A DNA stretch of 32,691 bases from Gammaproteobacteria bacterium (GCA_003231795.1 QIJI01000471.1:1-32691); one strand, 5' to 3'; numbered from the stretch's first letter, positions 8,859-18,376 are shown. The notes: generated by a model not told the origin, from the sequence alone. Translations and numbers: made by a program.

Positions 8859-9481
8859 TGGATCAAAATATCAAAAATCGTCTGGTTGGAATTATCGTCG
8901 TATTCGCACTGGCGGTCATATTCCTGCCGATGATTTTGGACGGTTCAGGAGTGAACAAGGACAAACTCGAAATCGTGATACCGGCGCAACCGGTGATTGC
9001 CGAAAATCCTGAATTTGAACCCAAACTGATCGAGTTAAAAGCAAAGGTCGAAGCCTTGCCTGATCTCGATGCCCGCATGATAGATGAAAACTCTCCCGAA
9101 AATAAAATTGAACGACCGCTCACTACAAAAGTAGAGACTGCCTCAACATCTACCAGCTCATCCGGGACTCAGACCCAGTCAGAGACTGAATCTCGGGTAA
9201 AAACGACCGTTGAAGTTAAAGCAGAAGTTAAATCCGGGGGAGATAGTTGGGTTTTACAAGTTGGCAGTTTCCAGCAGCGACAAAAAGCGCTCGTTCAACG
9301 AGACAAATTACGTAAATCTAATATAGCTGCGGTATTTATTGAACAGTTCGACATCGACAATAAAGCTAATTACCGGGTTCGGCTGGGTCCGTTTTTAAAT
9401 CGCAATCAGACTCGGGTAGCGCAAAACAAGATAAAAGCCAAACATGACATTGATGGCATAATCATGAAGTATGAAAGATAA
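8858..9481 (+). CDS. dedD: SPOR-domain cell-division protein (DedD-like)
   Basis: N-terminal TM anchor (LVGIIVVFALAVIFLPMIL), a low-complexity linker and a C-terminal SPOR-like domain (WVLQVGSFQQRQKALVQRDKL...YRVRLGPF). TAATG overlap with the folC stop. Its position between folC and cvpA matches E. coli and Pseudomonas. Confidence 0.7.
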   Translation: MDQNIKNRLVGIIVVFALAVIFLPMILDGSGVNKDKLEIVIPAQPVIAENPEFEPKLIELKAKVEALPDLDARMIDENSPENKIERPLTTKVETASTSTSSSGTQTQSETESRVKTTVEVKAEVKSGGDSWVLQVGSFQQRQKALVQRDKLRKSNIAAVFIEQFDIDNKANYRVRLGPFLNRNQTRVAQNKIKAKHDIDGIIMKYER

Positions 9482-9503
9482 TTGTTGATCCTTGCTGACA
9501 GGT

Positions 9504-9559
9504 GATTAATTGAAACAAACCGACTTTGGAGGCCCACATGGCTCCTGTGGATTAATTGA
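9504..9559 (+). repeat. 10-nt direct repeat gattaattga (9504-9513 and 9550-9559) flanking a small hairpin just upstream of cvpA
   Basis: Read directly. The second copy ends 8 nt before the cvpA ATG. Confidence 0.6.
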
Positions 9560-9567
9560 GAAGATAT

Positions 9568-10062
9568 ATGACGTGGATTGACTTTGTTATATTTGGTGTA
9601 ATCGCTCTTTCGGCACTGATCAGTTTGATACGGGGTTTTGTCAAAGAGTCCATATCGTTGATAACATGGATCCTTGCCGGCGTTATTGCATTTCGATATT
9701 TCACGCCGGTTTCGGGACTGCTGGAACCTTTCATTGAGTCGTCGACAATACGAGGAATGACGGGTGGGGGGATCCTGTTTGTGCTTACCTTGATCGTAGG
9801 TGCAATCGTTAATTTCATTGTCAGCAAGATGGTGTCGAGTACAGGACTGAGTGGTACTGATAAGGCGCTTGGTATAATTTTCGGTGGAGCGCGCGGGGTA
9901 TTGATTGTATCGATGGTGGTGTTGCTTTTTAGTTTAACTCCGGCGCCGTCTAGCGATACCTGGCAGGATACTGTCTCAATCGAATTTTTTGAACAGCTTG
10001 CGCAATGGGTAAAGGGCGTTGTTCCGTCCGATGCTGCGGAAAAATTCAAAATTCAGTTGTGA
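9568..10062 (+). CDS. cvpA: colicin V production / membrane integrity protein CvpA
   Basis: [34 protein letters not shown] closely resembles the E. coli CvpA N-terminus. It has multiple TM helices and lies upstream of purF, as in the cvpA-purF operon. I prefer the ATG at 9568 over the TTG at 9556. Confidence 0.85.
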   Translation: MTWIDFVIFGVIALSALISLIRGFVKESISLITWILAGVIAFRYFTPVSGLLEPFIESSTIRGMTGGGILFVLTLIVGAIVNFIVSKMVSSTGLSGTDKALGIIFGGARGVLIVSMVVLLFSLTPAPSSDTWQDTVSIEFFEQLAQWVKGVVPSDAAEKFKIQL

Positions 10063-10087
10063 TTGGCTTAACCAGAGTATTTACGAA

Positions 10088-11602
10088 ATGTGTGGAATTG
10101 TAGGAATCATTAGTCAGCAAGCGGCGGCGCAGGTGATTTACGACGCGTTGCTGGTTTTGCAGCATCGCGGCCAGGATGCGGCGGGAATTGTTGTATGCGA
10201 TCAAAACAAGCTGAGCTTGCACAAGGATAACGGGCAGGTCAGCGATGTGTTCCATTCGCGCCACATGCGTAAACTGGTCGGAAAAATGGGCATCGGCCAT
10301 GTGCGTTATCCAACAGCCGGATGTTCATCCTCAGCAGAAGCCCAGCCTTTTTACGTGAATTCTCCTTACGGCATTACGCTTGCGCACAACGGCAACTTGA
10401 CCAATGTGGAAAAGCTCAAATCCGAGCTTTACCAATCCGATTTGCGCCATATCAATACCGAGTCCGATACCGAGGTATTACTCAACGTTCTTGCACATGA
10501 GTTGCAAAGCCGCGGTAGTCTGAAATTGACTGCTGATGAAATATTTACCGCAGTAACCGAGACACATAAGCGCATCGAAGGTGCCTATGCCGTGGTCGCA
10601 ATGTTAACCGGCAAGGGGATAATCGGTTTTCGTGACCCACGTGGCATTCGTCCAGTGGTGTATGGCAAACGTAGGCGCAAATCAGGATATGAGTATATGA
10701 TTGCGTCGGAAAGTGTCGCCTTGCAGACTTCAGGTTTTGAACTGGTCGCCGACCTGAAACCTGGAGAAGCGGTTTACATCGACGTAGAAGGAAACGTGCA
10801 TCGCCAGCAATGTGCGGCTGATGCGCAACTGAACCCCTGTATCTTTGAATATGTATACCTTGCCAGACCGGATTCTATTATTGATGACATTTATGTCTAC
10901 AAGGCGCGACTACGCATGGGAGTTAAACTCGGGCGTAAAATTCTGCGCCTGATGCCTGATCACGATATCGACGTAGTCATTCCTATTCCGGATACCAGTC
11001 GCCCGGCAGCGATTGAGCTGGCTTATCATCTCGGCGTCAAGTTCCGTGAAGGTTTTATAAAGAATCGATATATAGGGCGTACCTTCATCATGCCGGGTCA
11101 AAAATTGCGTAAAAAATCAGTGCGCCGTAAACTGAACCCTATCGATATTGAATTTAAAGGTAAAACCGTGTTACTGGTAGATGACTCGATTGTGCGCGGG
11201 ACCACCTCCAAGCAGATTATCCAGATGGCCCGTGAAGCGGGTGCGAAAAAGGTTTATATTGCTTCTGCTGCGCCCCCAGTACGTTACCCTAATGTCTATG
11301 GGATCGATATGCCTGCATCAGAAGAGCTAGTGGCATTTGGTCGTAACGAACAACAGGTAGCTGACTATATCGGTGCCGACTGGCTGATCTACCAGGACCT
11401 GGACGACTTGATCGATGCGGTACAAAAAGGTAATCGCAGTATCAAGGGATTTGATTGTTCCTGCTTCAATGGAGAATACGTCACCGCGACGGTGGACATT
11501 GATTATCTTGATAAAATCAGACGATTAAGAAACGATTCGGCCAAGGAAGCAACCGAAGATCAACTCAATGTGGTAGGCATGGATTTGCACAATAACGCCT
11601 GA
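10088..11602 (+). CDS. purF: amidophosphoribosyltransferase PurF
   Basis: MCGIVGI is the Ntn-amidotransferase N-terminus (Cys right after Met). The PRPP-binding loop [13 protein letters not shown] is present. The ORF extension to 10019 overlaps cvpA and is rejected. Confidence 0.95.
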   Translation: MCGIVGIISQQAAAQVIYDALLVLQHRGQDAAGIVVCDQNKLSLHKDNGQVSDVFHSRHMRKLVGKMGIGHVRYPTAGCSSSAEAQPFYVNSPYGITLAHNGNLTNVEKLKSELYQSDLRHINTESDTEVLLNVLAHELQSRGSLKLTADEIFTAVTETHKRIEGAYAVVAMLTGKGIIGFRDPRGIRPVVYGKRRRKSGYEYMIASESVALQTSGFELVADLKPGEAVYIDVEGNVHRQQCAADAQLNPCIFEYVYLARPDSIIDDIYVYKARLRMGVKLGRKILRLMPDHDIDVVIPIPDTSRPAAIELAYHLGVKFREGFIKNRYIGRTFIMPGQKLRKKSVRRKLNPIDIEFKGKTVLLVDDSIVRGTTSKQIIQMAREAGAKKVYIASAAPPVRYPNVYGIDMPASEELVAFGRNEQQVADYIGADWLIYQDLDDLIDAVQKGNRSIKGFDCSCFNGEYVTATVDIDYLDKIRRLRNDSAKEATEDQLNVVGMDLHNNA

Positions 11603-12141
11603 TGTTATGGCATGACATCAATCGTGACGTTGCCAGTCGGTTGCAAGGCAATTCCGCACTTGCGGACCAACGTCCGTTCATCGTTATTGAATCGGGTAAG
11701 CAACAGTTGCACTGGATTGATATCGAGCAGGAAATGAATCGCAGTTATCCGGTGTCTACCGCCGAGAACGGCATGGGTAATCGAATTGAATCCTATAAGA
11801 CACCATTCGGAATTCACCGGATTCGGCAAAAGGTCGGTGGCGACCAACCTTCCGGCATGATATTTGAAGCACGTGAAGCTACTGGCAAAATTGCACATAA
11901 CATGGATAATCAGGAGAAAGATGAAATCACTTCCCGCATACTTTGGCTGGATGGTCTCGAACAGGGCGTCAACCTGGGCGGGGCCTATGACACCTACCAG
12001 CGATACATTTATATCCACGGAACTTCGGATGAAAAGCGTATCGGTGAACCGGTTTCTGCCGGTTGTATCAGAATGAAAAATCAGGATGTCATCGAACTGT
12101 TTGACGAAGCCCTCGTCAACGATATCGTATTTATAAGATAG
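11602..12141 (+). CDS. YkuD/ErfK-type L,D-transpeptidase catalytic-domain protein with no evident signal peptide
   Basis: Carries the C-terminal catalytic signature IHGTSDEKRIGEPVSAGCIRMKNQDVIELF (His ... SxGCIRM). The ATG overlaps the purF stop (TGATG), suggesting translational coupling. Confidence 0.7.
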   Translation: MLWHDINRDVASRLQGNSALADQRPFIVIESGKQQLHWIDIEQEMNRSYPVSTAENGMGNRIESYKTPFGIHRIRQKVGGDQPSGMIFEAREATGKIAHNMDNQEKDEITSRILWLDGLEQGVNLGGAYDTYQRYIYIHGTSDEKRIGEPVSAGCIRMKNQDVIELFDEALVNDIVFIR

Positions 12142-12194
12142 TCTCTAAAATCATACTCTCGCAAACAACTATCAACAATTCGAGGAGCGGCCGA

Positions 12195-13337
12195 ATGAGT
12201 TCGGTGTTACGTCGTATTTCGCTACTATTCAAGCTGCTTGCCTCTATCGGGCGTAGCTCGTTCCCAAAATATGCAGTAGAAGCCGAGTTTCTGGATGAAG
12301 TGATTTCGACTACAGTTGATTCAAGTATCGCCCAATATTATCTAAATCATTACCTGCAAGACAAAAAGAATAATCCTGAACTGGACCGCGATATAGATCT
12401 GGTTTATCAGAATTACCCCGAAATACTCCCAAGTCGTAATGACCTCACACAAATATCACAGCAGTTTTCCAATGATTTTGCCGCATTGTTTTTAGCCGAC
12501 CGCTTGTGGCAGGATCAAAAAAACCGATCGGTCCAAAAAGCCTTTCACCGTCTGATGGCGCTGCCCAGAGAAGGATTGTTCGCCCCGCCGGTTTCGGTTA
12601 GCGACTACCTGATATTACTGGTCCCGGGCTGGAATTACGTGGCCAATGGTCACATCACGGGTTCGGACTTTGCTGCGCCCAGACGTTTGATCGATAAACT
12701 GGGGATTGAAAATCATCTGATTCTAGTGCCACCAAATGGATCGGTAATGCAATCTGCCGAGTTAATTGCAGCCTCGGTTATGCGTCACAGCGGTAGCGCT
12801 AAAAAAATAATTATCGTCGGGTCCAGTGCCGCAGGGCCGTCGATTCATTACACCCTGGGTAAACTACCCAATCACGGAGAGTTAGAATCGGTGGTAGCCT
12901 GGGTTAACCTCGGAGGCATACTTCAGGGCAGTCCGCTAGTTGATTATTTTCAGAAGTGGCCGCAAAAAATAGCGCTCAATCTGGCAATGGCATGGTTAGG
13001 CTGGGACGAAGAAGAGATAGTGACCCTGTCTGCAAGTCAATCCAGGGAACGCGTTAAAACGTTGAATTTGCCCCCGGATCTTGTCGTCATTAATTATCTG
13101 GGATTATCGCTAACCGGAAATTTGAGTAGTCTGTCTGCTAACAAGTATCCCTTGATTGCCGAACAGGGGCCGAATGATGGCTTAACGCCGTTAGTCGATA
13201 TCATCGCTCCCGATAGCATGACCCTGATTGCGACCCGCAGCGATCATTATTTTGGTAAAGACCCGAAAATCGATCTTAAGACAATCGCTATCTTAAAAAC
13301 CGTAATTGAAATGATTGAATCTGGCAACAGCAACTGA
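12195..13337 (+). CDS. hypothetical protein, possibly alpha/beta-hydrolase (lipase-like) fold
   Basis: 380-aa ORF with an aggag SD sequence 8 nt upstream. Candidate triad elements are LILLVPGW, IIIVGSSAAGP (a variant nucleophile elbow), PNDGLTP and SDHYF. The function call is inference only. Confidence 0.45.
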   Translation: MSSVLRRISLLFKLLASIGRSSFPKYAVEAEFLDEVISTTVDSSIAQYYLNHYLQDKKNNPELDRDIDLVYQNYPEILPSRNDLTQISQQFSNDFAALFLADRLWQDQKNRSVQKAFHRLMALPREGLFAPPVSVSDYLILLVPGWNYVANGHITGSDFAAPRRLIDKLGIENHLILVPPNGSVMQSAELIAASVMRHSGSAKKIIIVGSSAAGPSIHYTLGKLPNHGELESVVAWVNLGGILQGSPLVDYFQKWPQKIALNLAMAWLGWDEEEIVTLSASQSRERVKTLNLPPDLVVINYLGLSLTGNLSSLSANKYPLIAEQGPNDGLTPLVDIIAPDSMTLIATRSDHYFGKDPKIDLKTIAILKTVIEMIESGNSN

Positions 13338-13354
13338 TTTACGATTTTGATCGC

Positions 13355-13383
13355 TTGACATCAACTTATCATCGTTTTAATGT
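13355..13383 (+). promoter_or_regulatory. candidate sigma-70 promoter for metZ
   Basis: ttgaca (13355-13360), a 17-nt spacer, then taatgt (13378-13383). This would give a leader of about 145 nt. Confidence 0.3.
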
Positions 13384-13533
13384 TCACGAAAGGCGCTGAT
13401 TTGTTTCTCGGCTTGCAGGCGCACGGGGTTGTGTATTGACAAATAATCCCAATATAAATTTGCTAAAGAGGGTGGTCCTGAGCACTTTCTGAACCTTTTC
13501 CCTTCCGAGTTTTTCGTTTACTGGAGAAACTCC

Positions 13534-14712
13534 GTGACATACGATACCCCTGGATTTGAAACCGTCGCAATCCGCAGCGGACAACGACGCACAAATGAAT
13601 TCGAGCACAGCGAACCGATTTTTGCGACATCGAGTTTTGTTTTCGAAAATGCGGCGCAAGCTGCCGCCCGATTTTCTGGTGACGAACCCGGAAATATTTA
13701 TTCACGTTTTACCAACCCAACCACGAATATTTTTGAACAACGGCTGGCCGCTCTCGAAGGAGGCGAAGCCTGTGTCGCGACCGCTTCAGGGATGGCAGCG
13801 ATAATGAGTCTATGTGTTGGCCTGTTAAAATCGGGCGATCATATCGTCAGTTCACGCTCAATTTTTGGTTCGACCACCACATTGTTTGACAAGTATCTGA
13901 CTCGCTTCGGTATCGATACCAGTTACGTAGATCTGACTGATATCAACGACTGGAAACGGGCAGTTCGACCCACCACGCAATTATTTTTCCTCGAAACTCC
14001 GTCGAACCCGCTGGCAGAAATCGCAGATATCAGGGCTGTTGCGGATCTCGCGCATGAGAACAACTGTTTGCTCGCAGTCGATAACTGTTTTTGTACTCCG
14101 GCACTGCAGCAGCCCCTGGCGCTGGGCGCTGATGTGATCGTGCATTCTGCTACCAAATATCTCGATGGTCAGGGGCGTATCGTTGGAGGTGCGGTGGTTG
14201 GTAGTCAGGAACTGGTGGGTGAAGAGCTGTTTGGCGTGATTCGCACCACCGGTCCCAGTATGAGCCCATTTAATGCATGGGTAGCGCTCAAGGGGCTAGA
14301 AACCTTGAGTTTACGGATGACTGCTCACTCGCAACAGGCATTGAAACTGGCACATTTTCTGGAGCAACACACTGCGGTTGAAAAAGTGTTTTACGCGGGT
14401 CTTGAATCACATCCACAATATGAACTGGCCAAACAGCAGCAAAGTGATTTTGGAGGTGTTGTGTCGTTTGTTGTTCGAGGTGGGCGGGAAAAAGCCTGGC
14501 ATTTAATCGATTCCACTCAAATCCTGTCGATTACCGCCAATCTGGGTGATGTCAAATCCACCATCACGCATCCGTTTACCACCACTCACGGTAAAGTTAG
14601 CGAAACGGTAAAATTACAGTCTGGAATTACCGAGGGACTGGTACGAGTTGCCGTCGGCCTGGAATATATCGACGATATCATTTCAGATATATCTCGAGGG
14701 CTTGATGGTTGA
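13534..14712 (+). CDS. metZ: O-succinylhomoserine sulfhydrylase (Cys/Met-metabolism PLP enzyme)
   Basis: GTG start with a ggag SD sequence 9 nt upstream. It has the PLP-lysine motif HSATKYLDGQG and family motifs (YSRFTNPT, SGMAA). A position downstream of purF matches Pseudomonas metZ. Confidence 0.8.
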   Translation: MTYDTPGFETVAIRSGQRRTNEFEHSEPIFATSSFVFENAAQAAARFSGDEPGNIYSRFTNPTTNIFEQRLAALEGGEACVATASGMAAIMSLCVGLLKSGDHIVSSRSIFGSTTTLFDKYLTRFGIDTSYVDLTDINDWKRAVRPTTQLFFLETPSNPLAEIADIRAVADLAHENNCLLAVDNCFCTPALQQPLALGADVIVHSATKYLDGQGRIVGGAVVGSQELVGEELFGVIRTTGPSMSPFNAWVALKGLETLSLRMTAHSQQALKLAHFLEQHTAVEKVFYAGLESHPQYELAKQQQSDFGGVVSFVVRGGREKAWHLIDSTQILSITANLGDVKSTITHPFTTTHGKVSETVKLQSGITEGLVRVAVGLEYIDDIISDISRGLDG

Positions 14713-14798
14713 GCTGTTTCATCAAGTTGAAGTGATATTGCTGCAAGGCAGGCCTTGCCCGCCTAAACATTAATTCCGCTCCGGATCGTCAGACGATA

Positions 14799-15518
14799 TT
14801 AGGGGACTCTGCTATCGACCAGTTTGAATCCCTGGTCTTCACGCCAGCTTAGGTAACTTGGGCCGGGGTTCCAGTCGCCCAGTACGTAGCGGGTATTGTT
14901 GTCCGGGTAGCGATGGATGGCGGGTCTGTGAGTATGCCCGTGCACGATGATATCTACCGACTGAGTTCTAAAGCAAGCGTCGACTGCCTGTTGGTTGACA
15001 TCCATGATTTGCATCGACTTTTGTGCCATTGCAGCGACACTATCCTGCCTTAACTGTGCGGCAATTTGCTGTCTCTCAGTTAATGGTTTTGACAAAAATG
15101 TACTCTGCCAAAGCGGATCTCTGACCATTTTGCGAAACTCCTGATAGTCATGATCGTCGGTGCACAGGCTGTCACCGTGAATCAGAAGAACAGCCTGGCC
15201 CCCAAGTTCGATTGACAGGGGCTCGGTAACAATGGACAGGCCGGCCTGGGTCGCGAAGTTTTCTCCGAGCAGAAAATCCCGGTTACCGGCGATAAAATAA
15301 ACCTCGGTATTTTTTGCGATCTGTTGTAGCGCAGCCAGGATCGGGCTTAGTTCGAATGTTGCGTCGTCGCCTAACCAGACTTCAAAGAGATCACCCAGAA
15401 TATAAAGGCAATGGGCCGTAGAGGCCTGTTGTTGAAGAAAAACGGTGAGCGCGTCAGTGACCTCGGGTCGGCTGGCATCCAGATGACAGTCGGAGATAAA
15501 CAGGTACTCGTCAGTCAT
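14799..15518 (-). CDS. lpxH: UDP-2,3-diacylglucosamine diphosphatase LpxH
   Basis: Calcineurin-like metallophosphoesterase motifs: LFISDCHL, GDLFEVWLGDD, GNRDF, HGD and HGHTHRP. It is adjacent to the cyclophilin gene, as in the E. coli ppiB-lpxH pair. Confidence 0.9.
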   Translation of the reverse strand: MTDEYLFISDCHLDASRPEVTDALTVFLQQQASTAHCLYILGDLFEVWLGDDATFELSPILAALQQIAKNTEVYFIAGNRDFLLGENFATQAGLSIVTEPLSIELGGQAVLLIHGDSLCTDDHDYQEFRKMVRDPLWQSTFLSKPLTERQQIAAQLRQDSVAAMAQKSMQIMDVNQQAVDACFRTQSVDIIVHGHTHRPAIHRYPDNNTRYVLGDWNPGPSYLSWREDQGFKLVDSRVP

Positions 15519-15532
15519 GCTGCCGGCCTCGC

Positions 15533-16147
15533 CTATTGACGGCTGGCTCCGGTAATGGTGATGGTTTCGTCCGGTACATTTTGATGACCACCTTTATCAC
15601 CAGTGGCTACCTTTGCCATCGCGTCGATCACGTCCATGCCGTCGGTAACTTTGCCAAACACCGCATATCCCCAGCCCTGCATCGATTCGCTGGTGAAATT
15701 CAAAAAGGCATTGTCCGCGTGATTGATGAAAAACTGCGAGGTGGCCGAATGCGGGTCGCCGGTCCGAGCCATGGCAAGAGTTCCTCGATCATTGGTCAGG
15801 CCGTTGTTGGCTTCGTTCTGGATGGCAGGCAACTTGCTGGGTTTATCGCGCATATCAGCTGTGATACCACCACCCTGAATCATGAAATTGGGGATGACAC
15901 GGTGGAAAGTGGTGTCGACAAAGTAGCCATCGTCGACATAAGCGAGAAAGTTTTCACTGCTGATCGGGGCATTTTGCATATCGAGTTCGATCGTGATGTT
16001 GCCCATGGTTGTTTCGAGCAGCACTACCGGATTGTCGGCGGATGTTTCATTCATCGTTTCGTTACCTTTGAGATTGGGGAAAAGTACCAGGGACAAAATG
16101 GCTGCCAGTACCACCAGAATCGGAAGCAGGGTTTGTTTCATCATCAT
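15533..16147 (-). CDS. cyclophilin-type peptidyl-prolyl cis-trans isomerase (PpiA/PpiB family) with an N-terminal signal or anchor segment
   Basis: Cyclophilin motifs [33 protein letters not shown] and YAVFGKV. The N-terminus [23 protein letters not shown] is hydrophobic. Confidence 0.9.
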   Translation of the reverse strand: MMMKQTLLPILVVLAAILSLVLFPNLKGNETMNETSADNPVVLLETTMGNITIELDMQNAPISSENFLAYVDDGYFVDTTFHRVIPNFMIQGGGITADMRDKPSKLPAIQNEANNGLTNDRGTLAMARTGDPHSATSQFFINHADNAFLNFTSESMQGWGYAVFGKVTDGMDVIDAMAKVATGDKGGHQNVPDETITITGASRQ

Positions 16148-16211
16148 TCCCGTAATTGTAAACCTGCGGATTTTACTGATTTGTATGCCTATTTGGAAGC
16201 CAGTAAAGAAA

Positions 16212-16360
16212 GCTCTGCATAAATCATCCCTGACTTAGCAGAGCGGGGAGGAGCGAAAAATGTGATTTCCGTTCCTCCTTCATTTTCAATCACTCAGCGT
16301 GATTGAAAATGGCGGTACATCCATGTACCACAGGAAACTCTGCCTTTTGCAGAGTTTCCT
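16212..16360. promoter_or_regulatory. cluster of five consecutive inverted repeats in the divergent cyclophilin/cysS intergenic region
   Basis: The arm pairs are: 16212-16218/16238-16244 (7 bp); 16247-16255/16270-16278 (9 bp, one G.U on the + strand); 16281-16293/16299-16311 (13 bp perfect, 5-nt loop); 16314-16329 (ggtac..gtacc); 16332-16343/16349-16360 (12 bp perfect, 5-nt loop). Confidence 0.4.
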
Positions 16361-16441
16361 CAACATTTAACTGTTTCGCTTGTCGGAAGCTTCTTTTAAA
16401 CTTGACCCTGTTTAACTCAGACGACCTATAGAAAGCCGAAA

Positions 16442-17827
16442 ATGCTGACGATTTACAATAGTTTTAGCAAGCAAAAAGAAGTCTTCGAACCCATAGTATC
16501 CGGGCAGGTTCGCATGTATGTCTGCGGTATGACGGTTTACGATTATTGCCATATTGGCCACGCCCGCGTGCTGGTGGTGTTTGACGTGGTTTATCGCTAT
16601 TTGAAACACCTCGGCTACGAGGTTAAATATGTTCGCAACATTACCGATATCGACGACAAGATAATCAATAGAGCGAATGAAAACGGTGAGCATTTTGAGC
16701 AGCTAACCGCGCGCTTCATTGAAGCCATGCATCAGGATGCCGATGCACTTGGAGTATTGCGACCGGAGCTGGAGCCCCGGGCAACTGAAACAATTGCCGA
16801 GATGTTGGAAATGATCGAAAAGCTGCAACAACAGGAATATGCCTATCAGGCTGACAATGGTGATGTGTACTTCTCGGTTTCGAAGTTTCAGAACTATGGC
16901 AAGTTGTCGGGCAAGAAGATCAAAGAACTGCGAGCCGGTGAAAGGGTAGAAGTCGATGAAGGTAAACGAGACCCTCTGGATTTCGTGTTGTGGAAATCAG
17001 CCAAGCCCGGTGAGCCCAGCTGGTCATCGAAATATGGAGATGGTCGTCCTGGATGGCATATCGAGTGTTCCGCGATGTCTGGCAGTTTGCTGGGCAATCA
17101 TTTTGATATTCACGGCGGTGGCCAGGACTTGCAGTTTCCGCATCATGAGAATGAAATTGCACAAAGCGAAGCCTGTAACGGCGAAAAATTCGTTAATTAC
17201 TGGATGCATAACGGATTCGTAAGCGTTAATGAAGAGAAAATGTCTAAATCGCTGGGAAACTTTTTCGTGCTACGTGAGGTACTGGAAAGTTTCAAAGCCG
17301 AGGAGATTCGATATTTCATACTGGGAAGCCATTATCGTAGTCAATTGAATTACTCGGAAGATCAGCTCGAAAATGCCCGTGCGGCGTTGCAGCGTCTGTA
17401 CTCCGCATTGCTCGATACTGAAACGGTGGATATTCCTGCCGATAGTGAGTATCAGACTCGTTTTGAAAAAGCTCTATGCGATGATTTTAATACCGCCAAT
17501 GCAATTGCCGTGTTGTTTGATTTGGTGCGTGAGATTAACCGTGCGAAAACCGAGCAAAGGGATGATTGCGACACCCTTGCATCGCTATTACGTTACCTTG
17601 GGGCCGTTATTGGTTTGTTACAGGATCATCCCGAAAAGTTTCTTAAATCGCAGGCGGGTCAAAAGCATGGTCTTGGCGATTCCGAAATCGATCAGCTTAT
17701 TGATCAGCGGCTGCAGGCCCGTCAAAGCAAAGACTGGGCCCTGGCAGACCAGATTCGCGATCAATTGACCGCCGCGGGTGTCGAAATTGAAGATAGTTCC
17801 GGTGCCACCCGCTGGCGCCGGAAATAA
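16442..17827 (+). CDS. cysS: cysteine--tRNA ligase
   Basis: Class I aaRS motifs HIGH (CHIGHARV) and KMSKS, plus the Zn-binding region WHIECSAM. Divergent from the cyclophilin gene, as in E. coli. Confidence 0.95.
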   Translation: MLTIYNSFSKQKEVFEPIVSGQVRMYVCGMTVYDYCHIGHARVLVVFDVVYRYLKHLGYEVKYVRNITDIDDKIINRANENGEHFEQLTARFIEAMHQDADALGVLRPELEPRATETIAEMLEMIEKLQQQEYAYQADNGDVYFSVSKFQNYGKLSGKKIKELRAGERVEVDEGKRDPLDFVLWKSAKPGEPSWSSKYGDGRPGWHIECSAMSGSLLGNHFDIHGGGQDLQFPHHENEIAQSEACNGEKFVNYWMHNGFVSVNEEKMSKSLGNFFVLREVLESFKAEEIRYFILGSHYRSQLNYSEDQLENARAALQRLYSALLDTETVDIPADSEYQTRFEKALCDDFNTANAIAVLFDLVREINRAKTEQRDDCDTLASLLRYLGAVIGLLQDHPEKFLKSQAGQKHGLGDSEIDQLIDQRLQARQSKDWALADQIRDQLTAAGVEIEDSSGATRWRRK

Positions 17828-17885
17828 TCTTTTCGAGGTTGCTTTGAAAGTCTGGTTAAATGGTTGAAATTCCATGGTTATTCAT

Positions 17886-17914
17886 TTGACGATCAATTTT
17901 GATCGGCGTATGAT
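17886..17914 (+). promoter_or_regulatory. sigma-70 promoter of the tRNA operon
   Basis: ttgacg (17886-17891), a 17-nt spacer, then tatgat (17909-17914), followed by a GC-rich discriminator ttcgcgcc typical of stable-RNA promoters. It lies about 50 nt upstream of tRNA-Pro. Confidence 0.5.
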
Positions 17915-17962
17915 TTCGCGCCTTGCATTCCGCCACGTTTGGCGTGTCGGAGGGGCAGAAAT

Positions 17963-18039
17963 CGGGGTGTAGCGCAGCCTGGTAGCGCAACTGCTTTGGG
18001 AGCAGTGGGTCGGGAGTTCGAATCTCTCCACCCCGACCA
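17963..18039 (+). tRNA. tRNA-Pro (anticodon TGG)
   Basis: Cloverleaf read by hand: acceptor cggggtg/caccccg, anticodon stem actgc/gcagt with loop tttggga, T-arm gggag-ttcgaat-ctctc, encoded CCA. Confidence 0.9.
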
Positions 18040-18115
18040 TATTCATTCCAGTGAATGCTCCAAAATTCACTAGAATCAGGAAAGGTAAGTAAATTTTCTG
18101 GCAGTTTAAGGTGAT

Positions 18116-18199
18116 CCGAGGACCGCGGCGTATATAAAATACGTGAGGATTCGACGGCCCGGTCCACCGGCACGCGACCAACGCCACAATCGCGTAAAA
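18116..18199 (+). repeat. unit A of the tRNA-spacer duplication (shorter paralog of the core of unit B)
   Basis: Shares ccgagga, accgc.g.gtata...tgaggattcga and ccaacgcc.caatcg..taaaa with 18233-18355. By hand alignment the identity is about 75-80%. Confidence 0.55.
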
Positions 18200-18201
18200 G
18201 A

Positions 18202-18229
18202 TTGACGATTAGAAACCGGTAGTTAAGAT
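18202..18229 (+). promoter_or_regulatory. candidate internal sigma-70 promoter ahead of the tRNA-Arg/His/Leu genes
   Basis: ttgacg (18202-18207), a 16-nt spacer, then taagat (18224-18229). A degenerate paralog of the -10 region (tttaaggtg) precedes unit A. Confidence 0.4.
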
Positions 18230-18236
18230 GAACCGA

Positions 18237-18376
18237 GGATGCCTTTCTAAGCGCCTATTTTAGGCGAGTGCAAGGCGGCAGCACGCGCAGAACCGCAGTG
18301 TATACAGATATACATGAGGATTCGAGCATGCTGCCAACGCCGCAATCGTCTAAAATAGGCACTTAGAAAGGTATCC
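18237..18376 (+). ncRNA. rod-like, roughly 140-nt structured leader (unit B) abutting tRNA-Arg, function unknown
   Basis: 31-position outer stem 18237-18267/18346-18376 (28 Watson-Crick pairs, 2 G.U, 1 C.A). It continues with tgc/gca, ggcg/cgcc and gcagca/tgctgc, and is capped by hairpin tgtata-caga-tataca (18299-18314). It ends 3 nt before tRNA-Arg. Confidence 0.5.

Noticed and set aside
13384-13533. Possible SAM-II/SAM-V-type riboswitch in the roughly 145-nt metZ leader (gatttg, ggcttgc and ttgctaaagagg are vaguely reminiscent).
   Set aside because: I cannot reproduce the consensus or a convincing H-type pseudoknot by hand. The SD-like aaagagg is 60 nt from the start codon, so the expected sequestration geometry is absent. 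A cmscan against Rfam (SAM-II, SAM-V, SAM/SAH) would settle it.
14743-14758. gcaaggc-ag-gccttgc palindrome between the convergent metZ and lpxH genes as a possible bidirectional terminator.
   Set aside because: It has only about 6 usable base pairs with a minimal loop, and no U-tract on either strand. That is too weak to call.
15536-16222. 228-aa + strand ORF antisense to the cyclophilin gene.
   Set aside because: The minus-strand frame carries unambiguous cyclophilin motifs. The + frame has none and would run into the divergent promoter region.
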